A stretch of 63,447 nucleotides of DNA, counting the filler. It is 9 parts of 9 records of this genome, joined end to end, with 100 filler letters (N's around TTAATTAATTAA, not from the genome) between each part and the next. Parts side by side here need not be neighbours in the genome. Positions count along the whole stretch, not along the records: positions 26,808 to 32,192 come from SRR31147125_69492; positions 32,293 to 37,640 come from SRR31147125_69540; positions 37,741 to 43,992 come from SRR31147125_69576; 6 more parts are not named here. One strand, 5' to 3'. Positions 30,354-41,689 of the stretch are shown one piece after another (the first letter of the stretch is position 1; the number at the start of each line of letters is the position of its first letter). Below the pieces are notes generated by a model. That model had not been told where the DNA came from. It made no database searches and saw only the letters and a program-made list of their open reading frames with translations. The position numbers and the translations under genes were made by a program.

Positions 30354-32189
30354 ATGCTAAAAAGTAAAACCGGATCGTTTGTCATAATCTTTTTGATTCA
30401 GGTTTTAATTTTCCTCTGTTTTGTAGCCTTGCTGATGTTTTACAACACTCGCCTGCAAAAGCTTTTGGATATTCAGACCATTGCCAACGATTTGGTGGAT
30501 AGCTGGAACAAGACGGAAAATTTGAACCAGGAAATGTTGATTACCTATCAGGTAGACGGAGTCGGCAAGACATGGAACCATGCCATTTCCAAATTCAACG
30601 CTGACTTCGATGGTTTTTTGGATACCCTGACCCGGCAACACAACCTGACTGAAGATCTGGATCTGAAAATCAAAGTGGCCAAGATCGAAATGCATTGGTC
30701 CGTTGTACGCAAGAGACTGAACGATGCGCAAGCCATGTTGAAACAGTACATGGAAGCCAGGGACACCCGTTCCAAGTCGGGTAATTTGCTGGTGGATTTC
30801 GGTCAGGATTTGACTCGCAAGGCGTTTGATCCAAAACTGCTCGATGTATTGGAAGGATTGCGGTGGACTACCTCGCTTTCACGTTATGCATTTAAAAACG
30901 CCCTGGTCGATGTGACCCAGTGCGTTACCAGCGGCGTTCAACAGGATGTGTCCCGCATAAAGACGACCTCCATCGTCTTGTCGGCCTTGATTTTGGCTGC
31001 CGCGGGTATCTTTATTTTCATTCGCATGCTGGAAATGACCCGCAGCCGGGAAGCCGCCACGCGCCATGCGGAAGAGTTGTCCATCAAAATCGAGGAACGC
31101 GATCATGTTGAACGACTGCTGCGCACGGAAAAGGAAAAACTGCAATCCATTATCGACGCCATGGGGATTGGCATTTATGTCGTTACCCGGGACGGCATCA
31201 TCGAATTCCAAAGCCGGAGCATTGCCAACCGCTTCCCGGCCGGTGAGGGCTATGTCTGCTACCAAACCTACATGCACCGGGATCGTCCTTGCCCATTCTG
31301 TCTGTCCAAAGCGGCCATCGACACCGGCAAACTCAAGCAGGTGGAAACCGTGGAGAGCAACGGTCGCCACCTCGAGTATCATTTTTCTCCCTTTGTCGAT
31401 ATTGACAAGGAAACGAAAAATATTGTCATGATCAGGGATATCACGGTCAAGAAGCAACTGGCGGCGGAAGCGGCGCGGGCCGGCTATCTGTCATCCATCG
31501 GCGAGTTGGCGGCCGGCGTGGCCCATGAAATCAACAATCCGATAAATGGAATTATCAGCCTGGCGGAGATGATCCAGGACGAAGATACGGATACCGAAAT
31601 GATTCGGGAAGCCACCGAGCGGATGATTCGCGAGGGGGTCAGGATTGCCGGTATCGTCAAAAACCTGCTCTCTTTCGCCAGGGACAGGAAAGATGATGCC
31701 GAAGCCGTCGATGTCGAGGAAATCCTGTCCGATACCTTGGACTTGGTGGGTATCCAGATAAAAAGGGAGGGCATCACACTGCTTGTCTATCTGCACCCCC
31801 TTCTGCCTAAGGTGAAGGCCGTCAAGCAGGAACTTCAGCAGGTTTTTTTAAATTTGCTCAGCAATAGTCGCTATGCACTGAATTGTAAATACGCGGGACC
31901 GCACAGTAACAAGAAAATAGCGATCTCCGGCATGTTCGTGAAAATCAACCAGGGAACCGTGGTCAGATTGCTGTTTCAGGACTCCGGGGTGGGTATCGAC
32001 GAAGAGGTGATCACCAAAGTTGGATTGCCGTTTTATTCCACCAAGCCACCCGGGGAGGGAACCGGCTTGGGGCTCAGTATCAGTCGTAATATCGTTGAAA
32101 AATACGGTGGGAAATTATTTATCGAGAGCCAACTCGCAAGATTTACCACCGTGACCATTGAATTGCCAGGAAGCTTTGAACCACAATAA
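30354..32189 (+). CDS. Membrane sensor histidine kinase (periplasmic domain, PAS, HisKA, HATPase)
   Basis: Two TM helices, GELAAGVAHEINNP, QVFLNLLSN, DSGVG, PFYSTK..GTGLGL. Confidence 0.93.
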   Translation: MLKSKTGSFVIIFLIQVLIFLCFVALLMFYNTRLQKLLDIQTIANDLVDSWNKTENLNQEMLITYQVDGVGKTWNHAISKFNADFDGFLDTLTRQHNLTEDLDLKIKVAKIEMHWSVVRKRLNDAQAMLKQYMEARDTRSKSGNLLVDFGQDLTRKAFDPKLLDVLEGLRWTTSLSRYAFKNALVDVTQCVTSGVQQDVSRIKTTSIVLSALILAAAGIFIFIRMLEMTRSREAATRHAEELSIKIEERDHVERLLRTEKEKLQSIIDAMGIGIYVVTRDGIIEFQSRSIANRFPAGEGYVCYQTYMHRDRPCPFCLSKAAIDTGKLKQVETVESNGRHLEYHFSPFVDIDKETKNIVMIRDITVKKQLAAEAARAGYLSSIGELAAGVAHEINNPINGIISLAEMIQDEDTDTEMIREATERMIREGVRIAGIVKNLLSFARDRKDDAEAVDVEEILSDTLDLVGIQIKREGITLLVYLHPLLPKVKAVKQELQQVFLNLLSNSRYALNCKYAGPHSNKKIAISGMFVKINQGTVVRLLFQDSGVGIDEEVITKVGLPFYSTKPPGEGTGLGLSISRNIVEKYGGKLFIESQLARFTTVTIELPGSFEPQ

Positions 32190-32192
32190 TAT

Positions 32193-32292
32193 NNNNNNNN
32201 NNNNNNNNNNNNNNNNNNNNNNNNNNNNNNNNNNNNTTAATTAATTAANNNNNNNNNNNNNNNNNNNNNNNNNNNNNNNNNNNNNNNNNNNN
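32193..32292. other. Artificial contig linker
   Basis: N44-TTAATTAATTAA-N44. Confidence 0.99.
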
Positions 32293-32808
32293 GCTTCACT
32301 CGGTCCGGATCCTAAAGGTAAGAAGGTCTGTTTCTCACTGGAGGCACCGGGGCAGGCATCTCTTGAAGGCAGAAAAGATGGCGCAATCTCTGTACTGGAA
32401 CCGGCTGGGGTGATATATGATGTTATTGATACTACTAATGACCGTTTACAGGCATATTCAGTAATTGAGAACTACTTCCTTGCAAATCCTGATTGTGTTG
32501 GTTTCTTCTCAACTGATACTACTGGTGCTCCTGCTGCTGGTGCCTTCTTGAAGAAAAATGGGCTAGTTGGCAAGATTGTTCTTGGTGGTTTTGACCTTAT
32601 CCCTGAAGTTATCGAGCTTGTTGATGAAGGTGTTATGGCATTTACTGCTGATCAGTACCCGTACCAGCAGGGATTCCTTTCTGTTCTACAGCTATTTTGG
32701 GCTAATAAATATGGCATGAAACCTTTCCGTCACTTCCAGCCAGGTGGTTTTATTACCAAAGACAATGTTGCTGAAGTAAAAGAGCTCAGTAAAAATCTGT
32801 ATCGTTAA
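32293..32808 (+). CDS. Monosaccharide ABC substrate-binding protein, 5'-truncated
   Basis: GGFDL, DQYPYQQGF, FITKDN (RbsB-like C-terminus). Confidence 0.85.
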   Translation, partial: ASLGPDPKGKKVCFSLEAPGQASLEGRKDGAISVLEPAGVIYDVIDTTNDRLQAYSVIENYFLANPDCVGFFSTDTTGAPAAGAFLKKNGLVGKIVLGGFDLIPEVIELVDEGVMAFTADQYPYQQGFLSVLQLFWANKYGMKPFRHFQPGGFITKDNVAEVKELSKNLYR

Positions 32809-32863
32809 TATGCAGTTATGCAAGTTGGTTAAAAGTCTTATGACCTGAAAATATCTATTATAT

Positions 32864-33055
32864 AAAAGGGTGATGAAGTATCAAATATTTGTGGAAGTTC
32901 CTGAAGTGGGATTGTATTAATGAGTGAAATTCGTTATTGGCAAAGCGCTATTATTTCATTCGTTAGTTTATAACAAATAAGAAATCAGATGTAATCGTAT
33001 GGTGATCCTGTTTCTGGAGTTTTCGTAAATGACAGATACTCATCATCCTTTTTTT
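32864..33055 (+). ncRNA. Candidate long structured RNA element in the binding protein-ATPase intergenic region
   Basis: Nested helices with many G.U pairs closing on a U7 tract (see findings). Confidence 0.5.
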
Positions 33056-33138
33056 GGTGCTGTAATGGTTTTTCTGAGAGATTTAAAATTTTAGCACATT
33101 ATATTTATAGATTCTCAATATAAGAGAGTAAATGCGTT

Positions 33139-34656
33139 ATGAAAAATAATATACTAGAAATAAATAATATCCATAAAAGTTTTGGAAGTATTCAAGCAGT
33201 AAAGGATGTATCGCTAAGCATACAGCCAGGGACTGTCCGAGGGATTATTGGTGAGAACGGTGCTGGTAAGAGTACCATAGTTAAGATGCTTGCTGGTATA
33301 CACAGTCCTGATAAAGGGAGTATTATCTTTGATGGAAAAGATATCTCCTCACTTACCCCAAAAGAGTCTGAAGAAATCGGTATTCGAGTTGTACATCAGG
33401 AAATACCTGTGTGTTATAACTTGAGTGTTGCTGAGAATATATTTCTACAACCTGTGCCTCCTTGTAAAGGCGTATTTATTGACCGTAAGCACATGGTTGA
33501 AATGTCGAAAATAATCCTTCAAAAAATAAATATTGACCTTGATCCAAGAACTCTTGTTGCAGATTGTACACCAGCGCAGAAACAGCTCATGCTGATTGCA
33601 AAAGCTCTTGCAGAAAAAGCACTTCTGGTAGTGCTGGATGAACCGACATCATCACTTGCTGCAGAAGAGGTTGAAATATTATATAACGTTGTTGAAACAT
33701 TGAAAGCAGAAGGGACTTCATTTATCTTTATTAGTCATCGACTCAATGAAGTAATTGATTTCTGTGATAATGTTACTGTTATGAAAAACGGTACACATGT
33801 AACAACGCTTGAGAAAGATACTGATAATATTACTGTTGAAAAAATGACAGATTTAATGATTGGGCATGAAGTTGATGATTATTATGAATCAAAGTTAACC
33901 AAAGAAAATCGCGTCTGCAGTATGAGTGTCAAGAATTTAAACCATGAAGCAACAAAGCTTCATGATGTGAATTTTGAATTGTACAAAGGGGAAATTCTTG
34001 GTATTGCTGGTCTTCTTGGGGCTGGTAAGACTGAATTAATGGATTGCCTATTTGGCTTGAATGAAATTGACAGTGGTGAGATATCTCTTGATGGAGAGGT
34101 TATAGAAAACAGTAGCCCGCTGCAGGCAGTACAGAATAAGTTTGGGTATCTGACAGAGGATAGACGTGATGCACTGTTTTATGAACACAGTATCTGGTTT
34201 AACTCTTCGACAGTCATTGTTGATATTATGCAGAAAGCAAGTTTTCTGCTTCAGAAATTATGTGAGACAAAAGCCATTGAGATAGGTAAAGAGTTAAAGC
34301 TTAAAGCATCTTCAATTCATGCAACTTCTGCAAGTCTGAGTGGGGGAAATCAGCAGAAAGTTTTGCTCGGAAGATGGTTGCTTTCAAACCCTAAAGTACT
34401 GCTTCTTGATGAACCTACACGAGGTGTGGATGTTGGGGCTAAGATGGAAATCCGTAGTATTATCAGAAAACTAACAGAACAGGGAATGTCTGTAATATAT
34501 GTTTCTCTTGATGCAGAAGAGCTTGTTCATGTCTCTGACAGGATACTGGTAATGGCTTCAGGTACTGTTGTTAAGGAACTTGAAGGAAGTGAACTGAAGA
34601 TTGCAAACGTTATTAATAATATGAATAAAGCCGAAGCTTTAACGAAGGAGATATAA
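33139..34656 (+). CDS. Monosaccharide ABC ATP-binding protein (RbsA/MglA-like)
   Basis: GENGAGKST, LDEPTSSL, LSGGNQQKV, DEPTRGVDVGAK. Confidence 0.95.
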   Translation: MKNNILEINNIHKSFGSIQAVKDVSLSIQPGTVRGIIGENGAGKSTIVKMLAGIHSPDKGSIIFDGKDISSLTPKESEEIGIRVVHQEIPVCYNLSVAENIFLQPVPPCKGVFIDRKHMVEMSKIILQKINIDLDPRTLVADCTPAQKQLMLIAKALAEKALLVVLDEPTSSLAAEEVEILYNVVETLKAEGTSFIFISHRLNEVIDFCDNVTVMKNGTHVTTLEKDTDNITVEKMTDLMIGHEVDDYYESKLTKENRVCSMSVKNLNHEATKLHDVNFELYKGEILGIAGLLGAGKTELMDCLFGLNEIDSGEISLDGEVIENSSPLQAVQNKFGYLTEDRRDALFYEHSIWFNSSTVIVDIMQKASFLLQKLCETKAIEIGKELKLKASSIHATSASLSGGNQQKVLLGRWLLSNPKVLLLDEPTRGVDVGAKMEIRSIIRKLTEQGMSVIYVSLDAEELVHVSDRILVMASGTVVKELEGSELKIANVINNMNKAEALTKEI

Positions 34657-35644
34657 TGAGTAGTGCATTAAAAGGTTTGTTCAAAAAGAAGGAATCTGGA
34701 GTATTTATCGGGTTGGTGGTAATTGTATTTATATTTGCTATTCTTAATAGCAATTTTATGTCAACTCTAAATATCATCAATGTGTTGAGGCAGACAGCAA
34801 TTATTGGTATTGTCGCTTGTGGGGTTGCTCTACTGATGATATCCGGGGAGTTTGATCTTTCAGTTGGTTCTGTATTTGCTTTTGTCCGATATGTCTGGTT
34901 GTTATATATGATGCTACAGGCTTGAATATCTACATTGTTTTGATCCTAAGTCTTGCAGCTTCTGTTGTCTTCGGGATTATTAACGGGTTTATTGTTACTA
35001 AACTCAAGCTGGTATCTTTTATAGCGACAATGGGTGCAATGAAGTATATTCGTGCTATTGATCTGGTAATGTCAAACGGTAGTCCTAAACCACTTCGAAC
35101 TGAAAGTACTTCATTCAAATATATTTTTGGTGATGGTATGGTATTAGGGATTATTCCAGTGCCAATTATATGGCTTATCGGAATGCTTCTTTTGACATAT
35201 GTAATCCTTCACAAGACAACTCATGGTTATAAAGTATATGCTACTGGTGGTAATCTGCATGCTGCTCAATTGTCAGGTATTAATACAGACAAAGTCAAAA
35301 TGATTAACTTCATGTATGCGGCATTCTGTAGTGGGCTGGCTGGTATTATTGCTTTGAATTACCTTGGTACAGCTTCACCAACACAGGGTTTCGGGTATGA
35401 GCTCAATGCAATTGCTGCGTGTGTTATAGGGGGTGTGGTTATGACTGGTGGGGTTGGAAGTGTCCTGCAGGTATTCCTTGGTGCGCTTATTCTGACAATT
35501 ATCAGAAATGGTTTAGTTCTTATGAAGGTCAATGCATATATACAGGATGGTTCATTAGGTGTAATCATTATTGTAGCTGTTATATTCAATGTTGTACTAG
35601 ATAAAAAGAAAAAAGAAATTACTGTAAAAGGAGAAATCGTATGA
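34656..35644 (+). CDS. Monosaccharide ABC permease (RbsC-like), frameshift at ~34885
   Basis: ISGEFDLSVGS in ORF 34656-34925; YATGGN..AAQLSGI and YELNAIAACVIGG in ORF 34922-35644. Confidence 0.88.
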
Positions 35645-36318
35645 GTTCTACTAAAGAACTGTCATCAAAAGAAATTGCGAAAATGGTAGACTTGAGCTGC
35701 GTCCGAGCAGATAACACTATAGAAGAAATCGCAACTGCTGTAGAGATTGCCAAGAAATTTGACTGTATTTGTGTTCATGCTCTTCCGGCACATATTCCGG
35801 CGCTAGTTGAAATGCTCAAAGACCGTCCCGATATTATGATTGGAGCGCCGATAGGTTTCCCTGCAGGTGCTTCAACAACTGAAGTCAAGATTGAAGAAGG
35901 TAAAGGACTCAAGGCAATGGGTGTGCAGGAAATGGATATGGTAATTAATATCGGATGGCTCAAAGCAGGAAGATACGATGATATCAAGAATGAAATTAAA
36001 AGTGTTATCAAGGCTATTGCCGATGTACCGTTGAAGGTTATTCTGGAATGCCATCATCTTTCAGATGCTGAGATTGTGAAAGCTTGTGAACTTTGTGTTG
36101 AATGTGGAGTGCAATTTGTAAAATCATCAACTGGCTGGGCTCCAACAGGGGCGACAATGCATAGTATTGAATTGATGATACAAGCAGTAAAAGGGAAATG
36201 TGAAGTGAAAGCCGCTGGTGGAATCAAAGACCGGGAAACGATACAGCAGATGTATGATATGGGCGTAACCCGTTTTGGTGTTGGCTATCGTACTATTGGT
36301 GAAATCCTAGAAGATTAA
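35641..36318 (+). CDS. deoC: Deoxyribose-phosphate aldolase family (class I aldolase)
   Basis: IGFPAG, EMDMVINIG, LKVILE, VKSSTG (Schiff-base Lys), VKAAGGI, RFG. Confidence 0.85.
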   Translation: MSSTKELSSKEIAKMVDLSCVRADNTIEEIATAVEIAKKFDCICVHALPAHIPALVEMLKDRPDIMIGAPIGFPAGASTTEVKIEEGKGLKAMGVQEMDMVINIGWLKAGRYDDIKNEIKSVIKAIADVPLKVILECHHLSDAEIVKACELCVECGVQFVKSSTGWAPTGATMHSIELMIQAVKGKCEVKAAGGIKDRETIQQMYDMGVTRFGVGYRTIGEILED

Positions 36319-36413
36319 TAGGGAGGAAACAGCTGCATGACTCAACTTGCCAGAGCATTAAGAACATGTGCAGAAGGCAGTTGAGTCGTTTTTATCAATG
36401 AAAGGTTGTATGA

Positions 36414-36678
36414 ATGAGCGTTAAACATCTTGTTGATTGTAAGTGCACTTGTGCAGAGGCTCTAATTTATAGAAGCAGTGATAATATACTGGGTTGATAC
36501 AAAAGCCTAGAATTGTTACTCAATAAATATTGTAACAGGTGTGGTGGATATAATCAAAGTATCAGGAGAGTCTCAGGCTCTAAGGTGCAGCGAAGAGCAA
36601 CTTGTGGATCATCCTCTTGCTGGTGATTGTTTCAGTTATACAACATCAACAACTGGGGGTGCTGAGCGCAAATGTTAG
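36414..36678 (+). pseudogene. Collapsed SMP-30/gluconolactonase-family gene remnant
   Basis: N-terminal MSVKHLVDCKCTCAEA..IYWVD and C-terminal EEQLVDHPLAGDCF..TTGG within only 265 nt, with shifts and stops. Confidence 0.55.
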
Positions 36679-36733
36679 GGTAATTGAAATTGATTTAGAA
36701 TATTAAGAATAAATAATGAAAGGTTTTATTGGC

Positions 36734-37640
36734 ATGAATAGTTATACTCCTGCAACAGAAAGAACAATGTACTTTATTGGAGTGACTACAGGAAAGTCTT
36801 CAATTATGAAGGTATTCCCTATGTGGGCAGAGCACCTTGGGCTCAATGCTGTTATAAAGGGTTTTGATTTTGAACCGCATTCTTCTGCTGAAAGTTATAT
36901 GGAAGCTGTGGAGTTTATAAAGAATGATCCAATGTCTCTTGGGGCACTGGTAACAACTCATAAATTAGACTTATTGAAAGCCTGTAAAGCTGAGTTTGAA
37001 GGCATGGGTGAGTATACTAAATTACTGGATGAGGCCAGTTCGATCTCGAAGAGAGGTGATGAATTATGGGCGCACGCTAAGGATCCTATTACCAGTGGTC
37101 TGTCACTTGAAGCTATTGTTGAAGACGGTTACTGGGGAAAAAGTGGAGGAGTATTTGCATATTATCGGTGCTGGAGGTTCTTCACTAGCTCTTACATTAT
37201 ACTTAATATATAAAGCGAAATCTGGTGGAGATGTGCCATGTAAGGTTGTTATCAGTAACCGGAGTGCTACTCACCTTGATGAAATGAAGGCAATACATCA
37301 GAAGGTTGGAACTGAAATTGATTTTGAATATGTTGTTGCTCCTCAAGCAACGGGAAATGATGCTGTTGTTGCTGGTTTAGTTGCTGGATCTGTTATCGTA
37401 AATGCAACAGGACTTGGTAAAGACAGACCTGGATCTCCACTAAGTGATGCTGTAGTCTTTCCTCAAAATGCTATTATCTGGGATTTTAATTATCGTGGTG
37501 AACTGGTATTTCTTGATCAGGCAAGAGTAGCTCAACAAAAGATGAATCTGCGCATTGAAGATGGCTGGGTTTATTTTATTCATGGATGGACTAGAGTGAT
37601 TGCTGAGGTTTTCCATATTGATATTCCAACTAGTGGACCA
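36734..37640 (+). CDS. Shikimate dehydrogenase-like oxidoreductase, frameshift at ~37150, 3'-truncated
   Basis: LVTTHK, IIGAGGS, VNATGLG, WDFNYRG, IEDGW.YF. Confidence 0.8.
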
Positions 37641-37740
37641 NNNNNNNNNNNNNNNNNNNNNNNNNNNNNNNNNNNNNNNNNNNNTTAATTAATTAANNNN
37701 NNNNNNNNNNNNNNNNNNNNNNNNNNNNNNNNNNNNNNNN
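37641..37740. other. Artificial contig linker
   Basis: N44-TTAATTAATTAA-N44. Confidence 0.99.
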
Positions 37741-38746
<1,006 letters not shown>

Positions 38747-38819
38747 TATTGTCATCTCCTGATATAAAGATAATCATATCTGAAAAACCAGTCAAAGGAA
38801 TCGGAGTTACACAAATCAT

Positions 38820-39572
38820 TCAGAGAACTGTCAGAATCTCGGTTTCCTTCTCTCCGATCAGAATCGTGTGTTCAAAATGGGCCGAAAGGGCACCGTCAGC
38901 CGTCTTCACCGTCCAGTCATCATCCAGGACTTCCACTTCTGCCGTACCGGCGTTGATCATCGGTTCGAGCGCCAGAACCATTCCCGGCTTGAGGCGGTAA
39001 TTCATCCCCCTGGACGGATAGTTATTGGGCACCTGCGGATCCTCGTGTACATCCAGACCGACACCATGGCCGCAGAAAGTGTGAACAATCCCGTAATTGT
39101 ACGGCTTCAGATAGGACGTCACGGCTTTTCCGATATCCTTGATCCTGCCGCCCGCAACGGCTGCGCTGATCCCCCGGAAAAGGCTCTCCCGGGTCCGTTC
39201 AAGCAGAAGCGACGTTTTCTCGTCAACCTTGCCCACCCCATAGGTAAAAGCCCGGTCACTGAAATACCCGTCCAGCTCGATCCCGATATCACATCCGATA
39301 ATATCTCCTTCCCGGAGGATTGTTTTTTTATCCGGAATACCGTGAATAACCGTATCATTAACGGCAACGCATACGGATCCGGGAAAACCGTCGTAACCGA
39401 GAAAGGCGGGCCGGCCGCCCTTGCGGGTAATAAACTCATGTGCAAACCGGTCTATATCCCATGTGGAGATTCCCGGTTTTATCTGTTCATCCAGTACCTG
39501 AAACAATTCAGCAAGCAGCTTACACGACTTGCGGATCCCCTGTATCTGGTTTTCATTCTTCAAAGTAATCAT
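38820..39572 (-). CDS. map: Type I methionine aminopeptidase
   Basis: VIHGIP, GDII.CDIG...DG..SD, GHGVG..VHEDP, EPMIN, SAHFEHT. Confidence 0.96.
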   Translation of the reverse strand: MITLKNENQIQGIRKSCKLLAELFQVLDEQIKPGISTWDIDRFAHEFITRKGGRPAFLGYDGFPGSVCVAVNDTVIHGIPDKKTILREGDIIGCDIGIELDGYFSDRAFTYGVGKVDEKTSLLLERTRESLFRGISAAVAGGRIKDIGKAVTSYLKPYNYGIVHTFCGHGVGLDVHEDPQVPNNYPSRGMNYRLKPGMVLALEPMINAGTAEVEVLDDDWTVKTADGALSAHFEHTILIGEKETEILTVL

Positions 39573-39605
39573 ATTTTTCCTCGATTCAACTGTATGAGAT
39601 AATAT

Positions 39606-41270
39606 TTACTGTATCCGGTTGACCAGGGTCTGAGCCCGGGTGTTCCCGGGTTCATAGCCAAGAGAGGCCTCAAGAGCCTGAACGGCTCGTTCGAACTCCT
39701 TCCGCTCCATCAGGAGATCCCCCATTTCCAGGTAGATATGGGACAGATACACGCTCCTGTTCATCACGGTATGATCAGCCTTCAGCAGTTCAGCGGCTTT
39801 TTCAAGATGAGCCATAACTTCGTTATCAAGATCCATACTTTTTTTGATCAGCCCCGTATTCAGCTCATAAACCCAGCCGGGACGAATCGCCGCACCAGCC
39901 TCCATGGACTCAAGAGCGCTCTCCGGATTCATATCCAGCAGATGCAGTATGGATTCATAAAAAAAGTACCAATGAGGGATTTCCCCATCCGGCCGGTAGC
40001 GTTGAAGAACAATCTTCATACTCTCCCGGTCTCCGATTCCCGCCAGGTACCAGAGCAGAAAACGGGTGACAGATTCACTGGAATTATTCTGATTGAAGAG
40101 ATCCCACAATTCCGCCTGATACCGGGCCGGAGATTTCTGATCCGGGAAATAGCGCATATTCATCAGATGGGTATCAACATCTTCGGGATAACGGCTCAGA
40201 TATGAGTCGAGGGTCCTTCTGACTGCAACGGGAAAATCCTGGTGGAACAGGGGCACATAGTCCATCAGGAGCTCTTTTCTTTCAGGAAAGACTTTCATCC
40301 CCTCATCCAGCAGAGCACGGGACTTACGGGCATACCCTTTATCATAATACATCCTGGCAAGATTTCGGATCAGCTTCCAGCTGGACGCAGGATCAAGATC
40401 TCTGGCCTGCTCATAGTAATCCATGGCCTCTTTTTTATTTCCCAGCATAAACTGAACGTCCCCGATCTGCTGCTTCATGGCAGACCGCTGAGTCTTGTTC
40501 ATTTCATCAAGAACATCCTGTGCCAGAAAATTGTCCAGAGCCTCTTCATAAAATCCGAGATCGTAATAGAGGACTCCCAGGCTGTAGGGATTGATCCTGT
40601 TGACCGAAAGTTTCCCGAGGATTTCAGGAATCCCGTCCGTGATCCCCTCCTCCATATAAAGGAGGGCGGCGTTATAAAGCAGCACTTCATTGTCCGCCAG
40701 GGTTCCGATGATCTGAAAAAACTCCGGGTCCTCCCGATAGGTGACCTTATCCTTGATAAAATCCAGAGGAGTCGTTTCTTTCAGGGAGTAATTGCGGAAG
40801 ACTTCATAAGAGAGGAGACTTTCGGCGATGAGTGTCTCATAACCTGTCTGTTGAATACTGTAGAGCGTGGCGGCCGCTTTTTCATACTGATCCGTCCAGA
40901 GCAGAGAAGCAACATGCAGAGCATCGTGATCCGGACCGGCCTTTATGAACTTCCTGGACTTTTCTACCAGCTCGTTGAAGGGGTAATAATCATCCCCTTC
41001 CCGGCAGATGATATAGGACCGTTTGAAAAGGCTGAACCACTGCTGCCTGGTATCAGCATACCTGGCAGCCCGGTTCAGGACAGCATGGACATCGGCAGAC
41101 CTTCCTGCCGCGCTATACTCATCAGCCTGATTCAAATAGTACTGAAAAAAATCCTCATCAGGCATAAAAAGGATGAGTATGGACAAAACAGTTCCGATCA
41201 GAAAAAGTGCCAGAGCAATTATCAATAATCTGGTTTTGCCGAAGTCCCTACTCACCTTGCCTTTAATCAT
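39606..41270 (-). CDS. Membrane-anchored tetratricopeptide-repeat protein
   Basis: N-terminal TM helix; TPR-like helices (LGVLYYDLGFYEEA, YYEQARDLDP, LEASLGYEP). Confidence 0.75.
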   Translation of the reverse strand: MIKGKVSRDFGKTRLLIIALALFLIGTVLSILILFMPDEDFFQYYLNQADEYSAAGRSADVHAVLNRAARYADTRQQWFSLFKRSYIICREGDDYYPFNELVEKSRKFIKAGPDHDALHVASLLWTDQYEKAAATLYSIQQTGYETLIAESLLSYEVFRNYSLKETTPLDFIKDKVTYREDPEFFQIIGTLADNEVLLYNAALLYMEEGITDGIPEILGKLSVNRINPYSLGVLYYDLGFYEEALDNFLAQDVLDEMNKTQRSAMKQQIGDVQFMLGNKKEAMDYYEQARDLDPASSWKLIRNLARMYYDKGYARKSRALLDEGMKVFPERKELLMDYVPLFHQDFPVAVRRTLDSYLSRYPEDVDTHLMNMRYFPDQKSPARYQAELWDLFNQNNSSESVTRFLLWYLAGIGDRESMKIVLQRYRPDGEIPHWYFFYESILHLLDMNPESALESMEAGAAIRPGWVYELNTGLIKKSMDLDNEVMAHLEKAAELLKADHTVMNRSVYLSHIYLEMGDLLMERKEFERAVQALEASLGYEPGNTRAQTLVNRIQ

Positions 41271-41679
41271 AAATCTGTTTCTTTATATTATCCAGAACTC
41301 CATTTACGAACCTATAGGAATCATCGGTCCCGAATTCCTTGGTTATTTCAACCGCTTCATCGATTGTAACACCATGGGGAATATCCTTCTGATACATCAA
41401 CGCAAAGGCTCCGATCCGGAGGATCGCCAGGTTCACACGTTCCAGACGGTTGAAATCCCAGTTTTTCAGGCTCTGCCTGATCCTCTCGTCAATCTCGGAA
41501 AGATTGTCAATGGTTCCTTTTACCAGAAACCCGGCAAAAATCCGGACTTCTTCACACGGCTCTTCCCGCGTCCAGTCGAACCTTAAAAGGTCCTCAAGAT
41601 CGGAATGATTCATTTCCCAGCTGTACAGAGCCTGAAACGCCAGGATTCTTGCTTTTCTTCTATTACCTACTGACTTCAT
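41263..41679 (-). CDS. nusB: Transcription antitermination factor NusB
   Basis: RRKARILAFQALY, ILRIG, IDEAVEITKEFG...FVNGVLD. Confidence 0.96.
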   Translation of the reverse strand: MKSVGNRRKARILAFQALYSWEMNHSDLEDLLRFDWTREEPCEEVRIFAGFLVKGTIDNLSEIDERIRQSLKNWDFNRLERVNLAILRIGAFALMYQKDIPHGVTIDEAVEITKEFGTDDSYRFVNGVLDNIKKQIYD

Positions 41680-41689
41680 TCAATTTTTT

